Shown here: positions 25,160 through 25,685 of the stretch, one piece after another
How the letters are laid out: every line of letters starts with the position of its first letter
How positions within the stretch are numbered: the first letter of the stretch is position 1
IMG/VR virus record: IMGVR_UViG_3300042556_001057
Coordinates: 1 to 25,685 of that record
Length of the DNA stretch: 25,685 nucleotides
Source: a virus
Taxonomy: Duplodnaviria; Caudoviricetes
Direction: 5' to 3' (one strand)
Notes under the pieces: model-generated
The model's database searches: none
Told to the model about the DNA's origin: nothing
What the model saw: the letters and a program-made list of their open reading frames with translations, nothing else
Program-made: the position numbers and the translations under genes

Positions 25160-25685
25160 TTATTTGAATCGGCTACTTTTACCGTAGTCGTCATTGTTCA
25201 CCTTAGATTTTTCGTACATTACAGTATCTGTGTCACCCAAACGCCATTTGGGATTTTGCTCTACTACATATTTGCGTGTGCAAACCTTGAAATCGGGAAA
25301 CTTCATATTGGTTGGATTACTGGCAGCATCATAAAACAAACAGCGATTGTTGGGCTGTGCTGCATACTGTCCATTGTCTAGCTCTATAAAATTAAAACTT
25401 TTATGATCTTCGGGCCATTCACTGTAACCGGTATCAATTATGTTATGATCAGGATGTGCATTGTCCACAGTAAAAAGATAGTTGCCTGGATACATGTTTT
25501 TATCTTTGGCGTAAAACTTGCAAGAGAGATTTTTGAGAAATGCTTTTTGAATAATGGCCATGTCATAATCAAAGCAGTCCCATATTTGCAATGAGTCTAA
25601 AGATAAAAAATTTTGTGTGTCAAGATTCTCTGTGCGTGATACAAACGCATGGAGAGGTAGTTTGTCATAAAGTGCGCCATAGTTG
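25160..25685 (-). CDS. Hypothetical phage protein, 5' end outside the window
   Basis: Frame is open from 25684 (NYGALYDKLPLHAF...LQIWDCF...YLFTVD...HKSFN...GQYAAQPNNR), so the ORF-track start at 25591 is internal. Confidence 0.75.
   Translation of the reverse strand, partial: NYGALYDKLPLHAFVSRTENLDTQNFLSLDSLQIWDCFDYDMAIIQKAFLKNLSCKFYAKDKNMYPGNYLFTVDNAHPDHNIIDTGYSEWPEDHKSFNFIELDNGQYAAQPNNRCLFYDAASNPTNMKFPDFKVCTRKYVVEQNPKWRLGDTDTVMYEKSKVNNDDYGKSSRFK

Noticed and set aside
677-25594. All plus-strand ORFs in the track (e.g. 948-1256, 9625-10008, 13301-13564, 24838-25128)
   Set aside because: Short, antisense to well-supported minus-strand genes, and with no recognisable motifs
1-25685. CRISPR array, IS/transposase, integrase or rRNA
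   Set aside because: No regularly spaced repeats or relevant protein motifs seen, and intergenic spaces are too short

Overview
A segment of a large dsDNA bacteriophage genome (T4-like replication genes: family-B DNA polymerase, sliding-clamp-like protein, DsbA-like protein). All ~36 credible genes lie on the minus strand and are densely packed, often with overlapping stop/start codons. The main feature is a 7-deazaguanine DNA-modification cluster: a TGT-fold DpdA-type transglycosylase, FolE, QueD, QueE, a second QueD-like T-fold protein with an LxxxHRHxF motif (DpdL-like) and a Gpt-like phosphoribosyltransferase. No queC is present in the window. A glycosyltransferase, a UDP-glucose 4-epimerase and a short DegT-like PLP enzyme sit tightly coupled between the DpdL-like gene and folE, which suggests a possible sugar-hypermodified deazaguanine pathway. 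The queD leader contains a candidate preQ1-I-like, SD-sequestering structured RNA, and a second three-hairpin ncRNA candidate lies at ~22.8 kb. Interspersed AT-rich accessory genes encode two sulfotransferase-like proteins, two methyltransferases, a 2OG-Fe(II) oxygenase, a GT9-like protein and an SGNH-like protein. Dps, BI-1/YccA and an FG-GAP lipoprotein with an outer-membrane-type C-terminus are also present. All calls come from motif recognition by eye; no database searches were run.
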